A stretch of 64,000 nucleotides of DNA from Camelus ferus (lineage: Eukaryota): the NCBI RefSeq assembly GCF_009834535.1, contig NC_045696.1, positions 23,438,001 to 23,502,000 on the forward strand, written 5' to 3'. Every line of letters starts with the position of its first letter. The stretch's first letter is position 1. The position numbers and the translations under genes are program-made. The notes below the pieces were generated by a model. It searched no databases. It was not told the DNA's origin and saw only the letters and a program-made list of their open reading frames with translations. Below are positions 26,130 through 39,710 of the stretch, one piece after another.

Positions 26130-26516
26130 TAGGCCTGGGGGTAGGGAGACTGGGAAGAAACTGCTGAATAGTTACAGAGTTTTACCTTGGATGATGGAAG
26201 TGTGTCAGAACTAGACAGCAGTGGTGTTTGCACAGTATTGTGATGTACTAAATGCCAGTGAATTGTTTATTTCAAAATGGTTCCATTTATTAGGTGAATT
26301 CCAACATCAAGAAATTATCTTTTAAAATTTCACACGTACATAAAATTTCAATTTCAAAATATTAAAACCTAAATATTTCAAGTGTTGCATGAGAAGCCTA
26401 CGGAAAGTTTCACGGAGTTAAAACATGTTACTACAAATATAAAATCATTGTGTTGTACACCTAAAACTAACATAATGTTATGTCAATTATACAGCAATTA
26501 AAAAAAAAAAAAAAAC
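26130..26516 (+). mobile_element. L1 3'UTR fragments (L1MB-like piece plus a separate short polyA-tailed piece)
   Basis: gttacagagtttt...gatgatggaagtgtgtcagaactagacagcagtggt; tgttgtacacctaaaactaacataatgttatgtcaattata followed by polyA. Confidence 0.75.
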
Positions 26517-28399
26517 CCCACATGTATCACCAAATCAAAGAGCAAGTTTTCTTAATCGCCTGTAAAATGTCTGTATGTATTTGTAAAAATAAAAATCAAT
26601 ATTTCTCTTAAGCTCTGAAATTGCAGAAGCTATATAATAAAGTCAATACTAGGGGAAAAAAAGGTATTTTCTACAGGTAGCTAATATTTTACAGGCAGAT
26701 TACAAACCATCACAAAACACATATTGACAGAGATTGACTGTGGCTGCTGTAACTTAATCTCAGCATTCGTGATCTCAAACCTCTTGAGTCTCACTTCATG
26801 GTTTATGATACAGTTACATCACAATCCCACAGTAGAATTACAGCTTTGTCACTAATCTCTCCCTATCAGTTATCCTGTAAGGAAGGAAGCTGGAAGGCAC
26901 CACTAGAAAGAGGCAATGGCATGAATGATTGCAGTCAGTCTCTTTCCACAACAATATCTGTAAGTCTGGGAGTGATAAATGGCACCCAAGCTATAAACGA
27001 GCAGCAAGGTCAGTAGCACCAAGCAGCCAAGAGTTCAAAGAAAAGTCACAATTCTGATGGGTTCAAGAAAAGGCCACATACTGCTGGCGTGCATCAGGAG
27101 AGATAAATTCTCAGAGAGGCCTTACTGCAATTACAAAACAGAATTAGAAAAGCCTGTTATTGAAGAGCTAGGAGTTTTGTCCAGGAATTGAACAAAGAAC
27201 ACTGATTAGCATAAAAGTCATTCTTTTTCTGGAAAAAATGATAAATTTAATAACAATCCATGACCAGTCAAGAATCCTGGTGAAGAATGTCTTCAAAATG
27301 TTAAAAAATTCTTTGACACTGAAAGATATGTAACTGAACAACACTGATGTTCTTCTGATTTTTCTCTCTTTAATCTCTTAAAGACATCTGTAAAAAATCC
27401 AGAAGAGATGTGGAGAGACATGGCCTAACTCTCTAGAGTTATTTTAGGCTGTGTCTTCATCTCTTTATAAATTTCCTTAGGTGAACTGCATAAAATAAAA
27501 ATGTGATCTTTTTTTATAAACTAAAATATATAAAAATCTTCTAACCAATATAACAAAAACCACTCACAGAATGTTATAATGGAAGGTTGCCTGAGAAATT
27601 CCTCTGTTTGACCCTTCATGTAACAGAGACCCGGAAATGTTGAGGGTCTTTCCTGAAGTTATGTCATTGGTAATTGACAAATTAGGATTACAACCACTGG
27701 GCTCCTGAAACCTATTCCTATCTTCTTTCTCCTTAATAAAAGTTCCCCTCAAAACGAAAGCTACTGAAGGTCTTGCAGTATCTAGGTCTCTCATTGGAGG
27801 GGCTCTGGTCCTTAAGATCTCATGCTCTGTAGTTTTGTAATAGATTTAAATAATCTTGGCCATTTCTCATTTATCTCTTCATGAGGATCAAGACGAATTG
27901 TACCATACTGGAAAATTTGTTAGCCATTGTGATGCAAAGCTGGAGAAGAATATGAGAAGAGACAGTCATCGAAATCTCCACCGAAGCCCTAAAGCAAAGG
28001 GCTCTTGAAAATATTTAAAGAGCTTCTCTCCACTTGCACTTCACTTCCTCGTGAGAAGCTTCACATTCCTCTTGGGACAGCCACAGAGATGTTCCTCCTT
28101 ACTTTAAACAGCCACGTTGGGGATAAAAACTACTGCACCACGTCCCCCATGAGTAGTTAACATCAGGGTTATGATTTTCACAATGCTTTTGCCTTATACA
28201 GCAGAACATAAAATGTTAAAAAGCTGTTCATTGTATCGAACAATGGAGATGTAACTCACATTTTGTATATGTGTGTCTCTGAGATTCAAGATGATGTTGC
28301 AAAATTTTAAGGACAAGACACTAACCATTGAGAAAAATGTACTATGTCCTCTTACACTATATAGCACAGGGAAATACATACAAGATCTTGTGGTAGCTA

Positions 28400-28525
28400 A
28401 CAGTGAAAAAAATGACAATGAATATATATGTATGTTCAAGTATAAATGAAAAATTGTGCTCTACACTGGAATTTGACACAACATTGTAAAATGATTATAA
28501 CTCAACAAAAAATGTTTTAAAAAAT
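28400..28525 (+). mobile_element. L1 3' tail
   Basis: aatgaatatatatgtatgttc...aaattgtgctctacactggaatttgacacaacattgtaaaatgattataactcaa with an A-rich tail. Confidence 0.7.
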
Positions 28526-31310
28526 GTGAGTGAGAGAAGAAATTAATGTTCCACTATTACGATGAAAATATTTTGATCTCACAGATCTCCTGCAAGGGTT
28601 TCAGTCATCCCAGGGAATCTGGAGTTTATACTTTGAGGACTACTGAGTAGGTAATAGAACCAAGGCACAGACAGCAAGAAAGAGAAGAGCACAGATAGAT
28701 TATACTTCAGACGTAGACTCAGTGGGACTTGCTGACAGATTGAGTTAGTGGTGGGTTGAGTGGGGTGGTTTGGGAGCAAATGAAGTAGAGGAAAAAAGCT
28801 AAGAATAACTCAGATTTGGATCTTGGTACTGTGTCTATGGTGAGTCTTTCTCCTAATCCCTTTTACACTTAATGATTAATATGCCAAGTATAAAATATAA
28901 ACAATAAAATTAATAAAATAAAATTTGTATATGCTTACATAATGCTTCAAAAAATGTACTGTATCTTCAATGGTGGCATAAAACTGTAATTAGTGCTCCT
29001 CAAAGGACACAGCATATCTTATTATCCAAATTGGTGACCAATCCAAGAATGACTTGTCTTTTAAGACCATTCTTACGTGGTTATTGTGTTCATGTCTAAT
29101 TTTCTGGAAATACTTCAAGCTAAGTATTGATATTTTACCATGAAGCTTTGAAGATTTATTTTCTCCACTGTATCGCATAAATTCCTCTACAAAACTTTCT
29201 AACTCAACATGAGAACACCTGACTGGCATTGTGATCAGGCCCAAAGAATTTCTGCAAACTTGCTGAGTCACACCTATCCTGAATATGTATAATAATGGTT
29301 TTGCTTCAAAAGTGTCTCCCTTCTTGCTGGTCTAAACTTGGAAAATGTAAGATGACTATTTCAATCAAGTACATAAATAAGAAGTCCAGAACATGAAAGT
29401 GAGATTTTTTAACAGATAATGAAAAGCATAGGTGATCAATGGAAAGCCACATAGTTTCAAATACAAGTGAGAATTATGAGAAATTGTGCTCTGGTGGGAG
29501 AGTAAGATCAATAGAAAATACAATCACTGAAGAGTTCTGTGCACTCTAGATTCTAGAAAAATTGTAGTCCAGGGCAAGTCCCTCTACAACCACTTCAAAG
29601 GGTCTAAATTATTTCCTTGTGCTGGAATGTTCTAATTATTATGGCTAGAAAAACCAAGTTGCAGGGTAATTAACCACTGCCTCCATCAGAAGAGGACTAA
29701 AATAAAACAGATCTCAAATGCACCAGGACTTCTTTTGGCACCTTTTTCTTTAATTTGGTTGGGTTTACTTCATGAATATGCAAAATGCAGAATTTAATCA
29801 TCTCTTCTTTACCCCGTGAAATAAAGTGCTCATGCAGATCCATCATGTAAGCAATGTTGTGTGCACTGCTTCGCTTTCCGCTTTGGATGTGGGCTTCCAG
29901 AGAAGCTGTTTACTCCTCTTCACAGAAAGCGCTTCCTTTAGTCCTTGGTAACCCAGAAAATCTGTGTTCGTTATCATGGGGGGGAGATCACAAATAGAGA
30001 TGTAACCTGGACAAAAAGCACTTTTTAACTTAATTGGGACCAGTATCGTAAAGAGACCATTAAAGCACAAACATTATTGGCAATCGGCTGGAGCTGAGAC
30101 ACTTTTTTTTTTAAAAGCTGTGGTGGATTTTATTGTGTTATAATGGTTTTTACCATAATGAAATTTAATGCATTACCAGGAAAAAGCTGTGCCCTGTGGT
30201 AGGGTGCTGCTTATATTTCAAAACACGTTAGCGTGAAGCTACAGTGAGATCTAATAATAGAAATGAACTTACATAAAGATGCATTGATTTTTATATTAGG
30301 TCATGTTGAGAATTTACAAAGAACATCCAGTCCATGAAACAAAAATCCTCTTGAGAATAGCATTGATTGCAAGAAGGGTAATATTAGAAAAATGGAACTC
30401 CTCTCCTCCCAGAATGGGGTACATTCTGTAATGGATTAAGTGCACTAGGTAGTTTAGAGAAGGTCATCTTTCAGACAAATGATAAATTTGATGAATTTCA
30501 GTAGATTTTAATCACCCCTGAGATTTGATCAAAACAACAATGGAGTAAGACATAACATCCATCTCACCCATATAATGTGCTTATTTGTTCTAACTTCTGA
30601 AATTATAAACATCATTTCTATTAGCATGATCTATTCAATAAAATTCCTTACAAAATAAATCCCTACCATTTTACTAGATACCTCACTCATTGGATGGCTT
30701 CAAAGAAGATAAGGAGATTGTCTCGTAGACACAATACCTGGAAAGAGAAGGAACAGAGAACAAAGCCAGTATTTGATTATATCTTTTCCATAATGAGAGG
30801 TAGGGGACTAGAGAGGAAGGGTTACTCTTTCATGCCGACATTATTAGACTTGAAATCAGCATTCAACAAACAGTTTACATATATATTTGCTAACAGTATA
30901 TTCAGGGGAGTGTATTTCTGCATTTTCATCATTCTAGTTTATGTTGTTTATCCATATTCTCTATTCTATTTTTAATGTATCTGTTTTGAAATGTTAGGTT
31001 ACCGTTCTCATGTCTTTGAGGGCATGTCTCTTGAGAATTTTCCTAATCTGTTGAGATGCTCTGGAGCTCCTGACTCCTTTTCCTGTATTAAATTGGCACG
31101 AGATTCAACTCACCTTTTTCTATTCTTCAGTTTTCAGTCAAATGAGCGTTCTAGTCTTTTCTGAAAGAAGAGATGAGCTCTGCTATCTTTTTCCAACTTC
31201 ACGGCTCGAGAGCGCCCACTTTTGCTGTTTTCTCAAGGTGGCTGAAATGACAGAGTCCTGTTTTCTGAGATGCTCTTCCTTTGGCTCCCTCTCTCACTGT
31301 TCACCTAGGC

Positions 31311-31554
31311 CAAGGGTGGCAAACCACCACCTACGGACCAGGTATAGGTCTCTGGCCTGTCTTTGTACCGCCCTCAAGCTAAGAATGCTTTTCATGTTTT
31401 TAGAACATTGTAGGGAGGAAAAAGGAAAGAAAAAGGAAAGGAAGGAAGAGAGGAGGAAAGAATGAAGGAAGATGAAACAGAGATGCAAGTGGCCCACTAT
31501 AAAGCTGGCAAATTTACTATCTGGTCCTTTAAAGAAAAAGTTTGCTGTCCCCTG
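31311..31554 (+). mobile_element. MER58B-like hAT MITE inserted in an old antisense L1 fragment (~30850-31740)
   Basis: TIRs caagggtggcaaac ... gtttgctgtcccctg; internal aagctaagaatgcttttcatgttttt and aatttactatctggtcctttaaagaaaaag. Confidence 0.8.
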
Positions 31555-32699
31555 AGTTGCAGATCAGCATTTTCCTTTGAACTTGTCATTGTCCTGTTCA
31601 GTTAGGATTCTAGTCCCAGAATTTTCTCCTGGTTCAATCAAGACTTTGACCTGAAAGGGAGTTTTTATTTTTTGGAATCAAGACCTCACAGAGTCCCAAC
31701 CTACTAACCAGTAGATTCGATTCTGAGACCCCCAAGGGTTTTGCCTGCTGTTCTCAGATTACCACTCTTTCCAGCTGGCTTTCTTTCTCTTTATTTGTGG
31801 AAAGACTCTGAACTGAAGAATTGAAATTCAGGCCACTTCCTCCATCTTCCCAAAACTGAATTTTTTTTTTAACTGAATAATGAAGAGGACCTGGAAAGAT
31901 TAGGAACACCACTGTTTTCTCTTTATGAAATAGAAAGTGATTTTTTTTAAGGGGAAAGTATGTAAATGTGTTCAATAAATGCTTATTAGCTTGATTTAGA
32001 GCTTCTTTCTTCCTTATCTTTAATAAAATATTCAATTATTTTCTACATATGTTAATAAAACTGATCAAATAAATAATTACATTTCAATTTATATACCATT
32101 CTGCAATCAAATTAAATTCCCCTCAGAGAAAGCAGACTATTTCTCCTGGCTTAATTCTGTATCTCCCCTAATAATAGAGCTACTCTCAGAGAGTTTAAGT
32201 TATTTTTCTCTCTTTGTTTCAGATTTCCTTTTCACAGGATGACACACAATATGAACCTTCATAATTAAATTTATTCTATGAGAATGATGGAGTCATTTAT
32301 ATTGAACCCATAACTATTCAAAATTCTGAACGAAGTATGGAAAGTAACTCTGAGGAAACCCTGGAGAGCAAGCAAGAGCAGGAAGGAACTGGAGGGCATT
32401 TGACTTTTTCAGGAAAGAAAGGAGCCTCACCAGGTGAAATCCTTGTTTCTAGCATTTATGGCTGAGGATGCCCACCAGGCAAGACCCAGGGAGGGGGATG
32501 AAGGGGACTAACACACATGCAAAGGCTCAGACTTGCTGAGGATGAAGTTTTGGATGCTAAAAGGCTGAAAACTGAGAGGAGAAAATCAAAGAAAAAAGAC
32601 CACAGTAAGGGAGATCCTCATAACTGTGTGTAAACTTGATCAAACATCTTGGCTTATCCCAGGATATGCCAGCGGTGCAGTGGAGGGTAGGGGAAACTG

Positions 32700-33173
32700 C
32701 TTGCCGGTTTGCAACCTCAGACGTTCCCTGGGTGAAATCTGCAACTGGCCCCCCTATCAGAAAGGCAAGGAGAAATCCAAGAAAGAGGCAGCCGCTCCAG
32801 ATTGGAAGGTGGCAGGTTTAATAAGCAAGGGAACTTACTTCAAGCCTTGTCTTGAGCAGCTGCAAGAGGAATAGCTTTCGGCCCCTGCCCACCAAGAATC
32901 TTCAAGTTTGTATAGAGACCCTATCTGGGTTCAGTCCTGTGTACTGTCCAGGTGGTCTCCATAACAAATATTCTCTCAAGGCTGCACCCTTAAAATGGCC
33001 CCTAGTGCCTGGGATAGTGGGCAAAATGTACATGCCAAGGACAGGGAAGGACTGAAGAGCCTCTTGCTGCCCTGGTCCAGCTCCTGGGTCAACTGGCTGT
33101 CATGCCCTCCTGATGACCTCCTCCAACAGGGACTGCAAGGTTTTGTGTCAAATGCGAGAGTGGAGCGGTTTCA
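32700..33173 (-). mobile_element. Probable ERV (class I-like) solo LTR inserted into an L1 5'/ORF1 remnant
   Basis: GC-richer block. The minus strand starts TGAAACC (plus ggtttca ending 33173) and has ATTAAA (plus tttaat ~32817-32822). The L1 ORF1-start-like sequence resumes near 33310 (cagatgctggaattagcagataaa). Left boundary uncertain. Confidence 0.55.
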
Positions 33174-34357
33174 GTAGCTGCCCATTTCCGGGGAGACAGG
33201 GTTTAGAGTCAAACCCAATCAAGGTAACTGCCTGCTTGAACACACATCAGCACTCTTCAGAAGAAAGTTCCAGAACTCAGGGTCTCTCAGGAGAAAAAGC
33301 AAACGATAGGCCAAACCTCAACAACTCAGATGCTGGAATTAGCAGATAAATAACTTTGGTTATAAAGAAAGTATTTATAACTGAGGTTATTGTGAATAAA
33401 TGTATATTATAAATATATGCAAAAACTGAAGGAAAAATACAGACATAATGAATGAATGAGGAAAATCACACTAGAGAAAGGAAAAATCTAAAAAAGAATG
33501 TAATAGAATATCCAGGATCAAAAAATACATTTTAAATGGGGAATTTACTGGCTAGACTTAACAGCCAATTAGAAATGGCAGGGGGAAAAAAAAAAAGAGT
33601 GAAGTACATTTACCTCTCTGGTTTAAAATAATAATAATAACAATTCTTTTTAGTAGTAGTATTAAATGTACTCATGTGCTGAAATATAAACATTAATGAT
33701 GAAAGTTGCCAACTACCGCAAAGGTCTATTTTGCTGTAAACACCAGGTCCTGGGGTCCTACCTGGAACCCACCATCCCTCATATCAACTGAGCAGATCTA
33801 GCACAGCTCAGCACAAACACAGAACCAGTCAGCTGTCTGTGAACCCAGGAGAGAGAAAGATTATTATCTGGCCCTCATCAGCAAAAGCTTTTCATATAAA
33901 GTCACCTCAGGCCATTAACCTGGACCGTCAATCTTAAGGCCTAAAGCATGATAATAAGAAAAAACCTAGGTTAGAGAAGTATGATTCTTAAAGCTAAAGT
34001 CTGGGGAGAAAAATTTAAACTGCCTTAGCATCTTCGATTTAACTTTTAACTACTTGTAATATACGTAATTTTACCTAAAGAAATTCCCCAATATCTTGCC
34101 ATTTATTTAGTTAATACCTTTGGTGAAGACCTATTACATGCCCTGAGATGGGCACCACAGGAGTAAATGAGACATATTTTAGCCTTGAAAAGAATTTACA
34201 ATCTAGACACTAGTGGTACATATAAATATACAAAAAAAGCAAAATAAAAATAAGTGATTCAGGAACAGAAGTAGCAGGGAATTGTGGTAGTTCACATAAG
34301 GAAACATCTACTTCTAGAGTGATTGAATAGAAAATATAGTATTGTCGGCAGCTTTTG

Positions 34358-34486
34358 TTTTTTTTGGGGGGGGGAGGGTGGGGGTAGGAGGAAATTATGT
34401 TTATTTAAATGGAGGTGCTGGGGATTGAACCCAGATCCTCATGCATGCTAGGCATGCACTCTACCACAGAGCTATACCCACTCCCC
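34358..34486 (-). mobile_element. tRNA-derived SINE, camelid vic-1-like
   Basis: Reverse complement ggggagtgggtatagctctgtggtagagtgcatgcctagcatgcatgaggatctgggttcaatcccc has A and B boxes, then a C-rich/A tail. TSD-like gcagcttttg/gcagtttttg. Confidence 0.8.
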
Positions 34487-34729
34487 AGCAGTTTTTGAAA
34501 ATGAAAAGCATAGTCAGAGTTTTGACAGGTGAATGTGTTTGAGTAGGGCATTCTAGTGGATGAGGCCATGTTAATAAATGTTCACGAATCTGATCAAAGA
34601 ACAGGTTATAAGTCAGACACTCTACTTTATACCATTATTACTCTGCCAAGGCTCATGCAATTTGAATTTTATGTAAGCTAAAGGCCATCTACTTTTAGAT
34701 TCAGTAACAAACAACTCTCACATTATTAA

Positions 34730-35020
34730 TAGAGTTATCCCATGCTATCCATGGGAGATTGGTTTTGGGACCCTGTGGATACCAAAATCTAAGCTATGCA
34801 CAGCCTCCCATATATGTTAAATCATCTCTAGACTTGCTTATAATACCTAATACAATGTAAATGTTATGTAAATAGGTAACATCACTCAGCAAATTCAAGC
34901 TTTGCTTTTTGGAGTTTTCTGGAGTTGTTTGTTTTTTTTTCCCTCCTGAATATTTTTGATCTGCTGTTGGCTAATTGAATCCAAGGATGTAGAATTGTCA
35001 GACACAGAGGGCTGACTATA
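34730..35020 (+). mobile_element. MER2 (TcMar-Tigger) element
   Basis: tatccatgggagattggtt...ggataccaaaatc, aaatcatctctagacttgcttataatacctaatacaatgtaaatg, and end gagggctgactata. Confidence 0.85.
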
Positions 35021-36084
35021 TTATTAAAGCCAAAGAATCAGTTTTTAATCCTCAGTGTATACAAGAAATTCCATAAGATTTACTCTTTGTAGAAATGAAC
35101 AAAACGAAATAAAATGAACAAAAAGAAATAAAATCATGCAAAGACATGAAATTATGCATGCTACAATTTATACACCGTTATTCAAGACAAAAGAAACTGA
35201 ACTGTGAGTGAACATCTTCCATATATCAGGGAAAGCAATGTATATGTATCATTATTTTGTGTAGATGTCTTTTCTTCTATAGAAAAAGAAGACCCGTCTC
35301 CATTCTTTAAGAAGTTTGCCCATTGATAACGGAAATACACATGAGCTCAGGTATCATGGATGAGATCTATGCATTTATCAGTCCGAAGTCATACATATCC
35401 TTGGCTATTCAGAAAAAGGAAACATTTTTCCCTTACCTCTGTCTGGCTTACATCCATTTCTTCAGAATCTTCATTCTCATACTGTTTCTGTATTACAGCA
35501 CTTCTCAGACTGTATTCTAATTGTGTCCTTGACTGGATCTTTTGACACAATAAGATTTTAAGGGCAAAGGCTGAGCCATCACCTCTTTTTGCCTCTCAGA
35601 ATCTGGCAAGTCCTGGAGTACTCCATTACTCAATAAATATTTCATTAAAGGAGGAATAAGTACATAATAAATAACTTTATAATAAATCATGTGTATGAGT
35701 ACCATCATAACCATAGAAATTATGGGACAATAGAGTGGATGGGACCTAAAATGACCAATCAATCCTTTATCTTCTCAACCTGACTTCAATATTCCTCTCC
35801 TACAGCTCTTTATGCATCTAAATTATTTTAAATATATACACTGCAAAGGGTAACCCAGAACATATTTTGCTATTATATGTCAAAGTTTAATTAAATATTT
35901 GGATTCATATTTAATCTAAATTCTACTCAGAAATGTTCTTATCTTTTCTCCACAATAGAAATAGAAATCTATCATGTGGTGGAAACTTTTTTTTTTTTAA
36001 TAAAGGTTCTGTGCCCTCCTTAGAATTTAAAATAATAACAAAGCTTATGATTTTTTCACTGCTTTTTCTTTTTTTGAAAAAAAA

Positions 36085-36530
36085 AACCAGACTTTATTTT
36101 TTAGAGCAGTTCACCACAAAATTGAGCAGAAGGTAGAGAGATTTCCCATACATCTCCTGCCCCACATACACTCAACCTCTGCCACTATCAAAATCCTGCT
36201 CCAGTGTGCTACATTTGTTGCAGTTGATGAACTTGAATTGACACATCATTATCACTTAAAGTCCATAGTTCACATTAGGGCTCATTCTTGGTGTGATATC
36301 TTCTATAGGTTTTAACAAATAGGTAATAACAGGCCTCCACAATTACAGTACATGCAGAATAGTTTCACTGCCCTAAAAATCCTTTGTGCTCTGCCAAGTA
36401 ATTCTTCCTTCCCCCTAACCCCTGGCAACCACTGATCATTTTTTTTAATAGACTATTTTTCAGAGTGTTAAAGTTTCACAGCAAAATGGAGCAGAAGGTA
36501 CAGAGATGTTTCTGATACCCCCTACCCCCA
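36085..36530 (-). mobile_element. L1MC-like 3' end
   Basis: ttttttagagcagtt...caaaattgagcagaaggtagagagatttccc and gacacatcattatcacttaaagtccatagtt; terminal motif repeated at ~36450-36525. Confidence 0.8.
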
Positions 36531-38753
36531 CTTTTTCTCTTCAGTTATTTCTGTTGCAGAGAGAGGCGAATGCAGAAACAGAAGCCAAATGTCCTACTTC
36601 TAAATCCTGTGTTCCTTCCACTTTACAGCAAATCCTCTTCTCTAAATACAGCTCCTACTGTAACAGGCTGTACAGAGTTCATTCAGGGGTGATTACGGCC
36701 CTAATTAGTTTATTAAAAATTCTCCTGAGAGAATCATAAAATTTACCCTTTCAATATTAACCAAACTTTAGTGACTACAAATAATTAGTATTCAATTATT
36801 TGTGAAGGCTCACCTTTCAAAAAGAGTTTTATGTATTCAGTCTGTGTTTTCCTTCAAAATTGCATTTCCTGTTAATAGTTTCATTAATAAACAAGGAGTC
36901 AGTCACATAAGTTCCTTCGTCTGTAATAAAGAGCTTTCTGGGCTAAGTGACTTGTTAGTTTGTTTCCAGCAAAGAATTCAGTGATGACATGATCATTCTT
37001 TTCCCTCACAGAATTAAAATCTCTCAGATAATAGTTTATTAATTAAAAAACTATGAACATTAAGTATTTTTCTATTCCAGAAGTGACATTTTCTTACAAG
37101 ATTTAGCATATGGAATAACATTATATGGAAACAACTTAGCAATGTGTTGGATAGCATTAAATTATTAGTAATCAAAGTTATTTAGATAATTATAGACATA
37201 TAAGTGATTGTGATAGTTTTTATAATGCTAATGGTTAATGATAATTATTGATATTATTATCATTGTCATTAAAATGAATTGATGCTGATTCACAGAATAA
37301 ACGAAAATACTATATCAACGAATGGCATTTATATGTTTGCAGAAAAGGTAAGTGTGATTGGAACCCGCTAGGAAATGGGATGTCTGAAGGAAGTGTTTAT
37401 AGGTACTTCTCATCAAATAACAGTCTTCCAGAAATAGAGTGGCTTGCTCAGATCCCAGCCTCTGAAGAATTATAATCAGGGAAGGAAACTTGAACACATT
37501 GGAGCATAGTTTTCCCTGTTAAGTTGTTACTAAAACACTTTAGTAGGCAACGCACCTTCCAAAGCAGTCTATGTGACAGAAGCACAGCACCTTCACCTAC
37601 AAGAGAGACTTGTGAACTCCCTCTGCATTGTGAAGAGATGATGCTTAAAAGCTAGAACCTTTCAGAAGCATTCTGTTGGCACCAAACCCAAGGCTGACTT
37701 AAACTTTGTCCTCTGAGATTACACACTGTAAAAAAGAAAATAATAATGTAGGTTTTTATCTTTAATTAGACATACTCCTTCATGTATCATTAAGGATGCT
37801 GGTTTTTCAAGATGTTTATATTTAGTAAAATTGGATCCTATCTGTAGTTTTGCTCTGTTTCCATCTGAAAAAAAGCTAACAAAGATGAAAGACTTTACAG
37901 GTTAAAATATGCAATGAAAGATCACATTCAAGGTACCATTCCAAAGATGAAAATGAAGTTGGACTGCTCTAAAAATATTGATTAACTGTTATCTAATGAT
38001 TCATATGACTTTCTCAAGTTTTATTAAAACTACCAAGCGATGAAACTAATTTCATAGAAACTAACTTTTGACCTATGAGTAAGAAGATCCAGTAGGTCAC
38101 AGTTTTCTTCCTGAATAGTAAGATTGAACCTAGCCATACACAACTTAGACGTCTGGCCCTCCAACTTACCAGAATCCCAGTCATCTCAGGGGACAAGGAA
38201 GAGACAAGGACAGCCACTGCTTGTAGTGTCACAAGGAAACCTGGCTTCTCATTTTCTTTACAGAACAGCCCCTAAGACATTACAGTAGGATGACTTATAC
38301 CCCCTTTAATTTGAAGTTAGTGAGGTTGATTAGGTGATTGGAGCAATTGCTCTTGCTACAATAATAGTATGTTTGAAAGCTGGCAAAATGTCAAAGGACA
38401 TTGACTAAAACAGAGATCATAACGTTCTGGTTCTAAAAAGGCAGCCTAAGTGAAGGTGGCTTCAGCCTTTGCTTCAGTGAACTATGTACATTCCTCACAC
38501 ATCACAGTCAGGCACGTTATCCTTTATTGATGAAAAACAGGAAGTTCAACTAAGTTCAAACGAGGAATGTAAAATAAAAGGAAGTTCTGCATATATGGTA
38601 GAGTAGATTCAACTAAATGCCTCAGATTTTCTGTATCTAAAAAAGGAAAATAACTGACTACAAAGATTGGCGTAAAAAATAATAATTAAAATTTACATTG
38701 TTTTTGTGAACATATATATATAGAGAGAGAGAGATTTAAAACATTTGAGAGTA

Positions 38754-38902
38754 GGGGAAGGGTATAGCTCAGTGGTAGAGCTCGTGTTTAGCATACATGA
38801 GGTCTTGGGTTTGATCCCCAATACCTTCATTAAAAATAAACAAATAAGTAAAACTAATTACCTGCTCCCCCCAAAAAAAGTGTAAAAAAATTAAAAAATA
38901 AA
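38754..38902 (+). mobile_element. tRNA-derived SINE, camelid vic-1-like
   Basis: ggggaagggtatagctcagtggtagag (A box) ... gggtttgatcccc (B box) and an A-rich tail. 15-bp TSD taaaacatttgagag (38737-38751) / taaaacatttgggag (38903-38917). Confidence 0.85.
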
Positions 38903-39236
38903 TAAAACATTTGGGAGAAAAAAATGTTATCCACCAAAAAAATCTAAATTATGCTAATATGTACAGGGTCAGCTAGGAAATGATAAAATTTGCCCTTACT
39001 AATCACATCCTCTCTTGAAATTTTAATTATTCATTACATCTCATTCCTCCACTGAATGAAATTAATGTTGAGTAAACACAAATCCCAGAGTGAATAAAAA
39101 TATAAATTCTAAGTTGAATAAAAATAAACTCCTACAATAGAGTGACCTAAATTTAAAAAAAAAATTAAGAACTCTCAAAAGCAGAATTTTAAATCACTTG
39201 CTCCAACTTAGAACTTATTAAAATACAAATACTATA

Positions 39237-39710
39237 CAGACCATCCTTTAATTATGATGAATTTATTCATGATTTTATGTCTTTATGATGGCTCAAAAGC
39301 AATACAAATTCAGTAGAAACTGTACATCAAATTTTGAATTTTGATCTTTTCCTGGGCTAGTAATATACAGTACAATCTTCTCTCGTGATGCTGGGCAGTG
39401 GGAAGCTCCCGGTCAGCCACATGATCACAAGAGTGAACAATTGATACACTTACAACCATTCTGCCTCTCACTTTCAGTACAGTAGTCAGTCATGTGAAAT
39501 AGTCAACACTTTATTATAAAATAGGCTTTGTGTTAGATGACTTTGCCCAAGTGTAGGCTAAGGTAAGTGTTCTGAGCATGTTTAAGGTAAGCTGTGCTGA
39601 GCTATGATGTTAGGTTAGGTATACTAAATGTATCTTCACCATACAATATTTTCAACTTATGGTAGGTTTATTATAGGGACATAATCTCATTACAAGTCAA
39701 GGGAGACCTG
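39237..39710 (+). mobile_element. MER47-like (TcMar-Tigger) element
   Basis: TA-cag...ctg-TA termini; internal ttttgaattttgatcttttcctgggctag and ctttattataaaataggctttgtgttagatga. Confidence 0.85.

Noticed and set aside
29846..29920. agaagctgtttactc resembles the 3p arm of miR-30c
   Set aside because: The 5p arm (TGTAAACATCC...) is absent and no matching hairpin is evident.
38754..38830. tRNA-like A and B boxes (also at 34410-34486)
   Set aside because: A tails, TSDs and mutated stems show these are SINEs, not tRNA genes.
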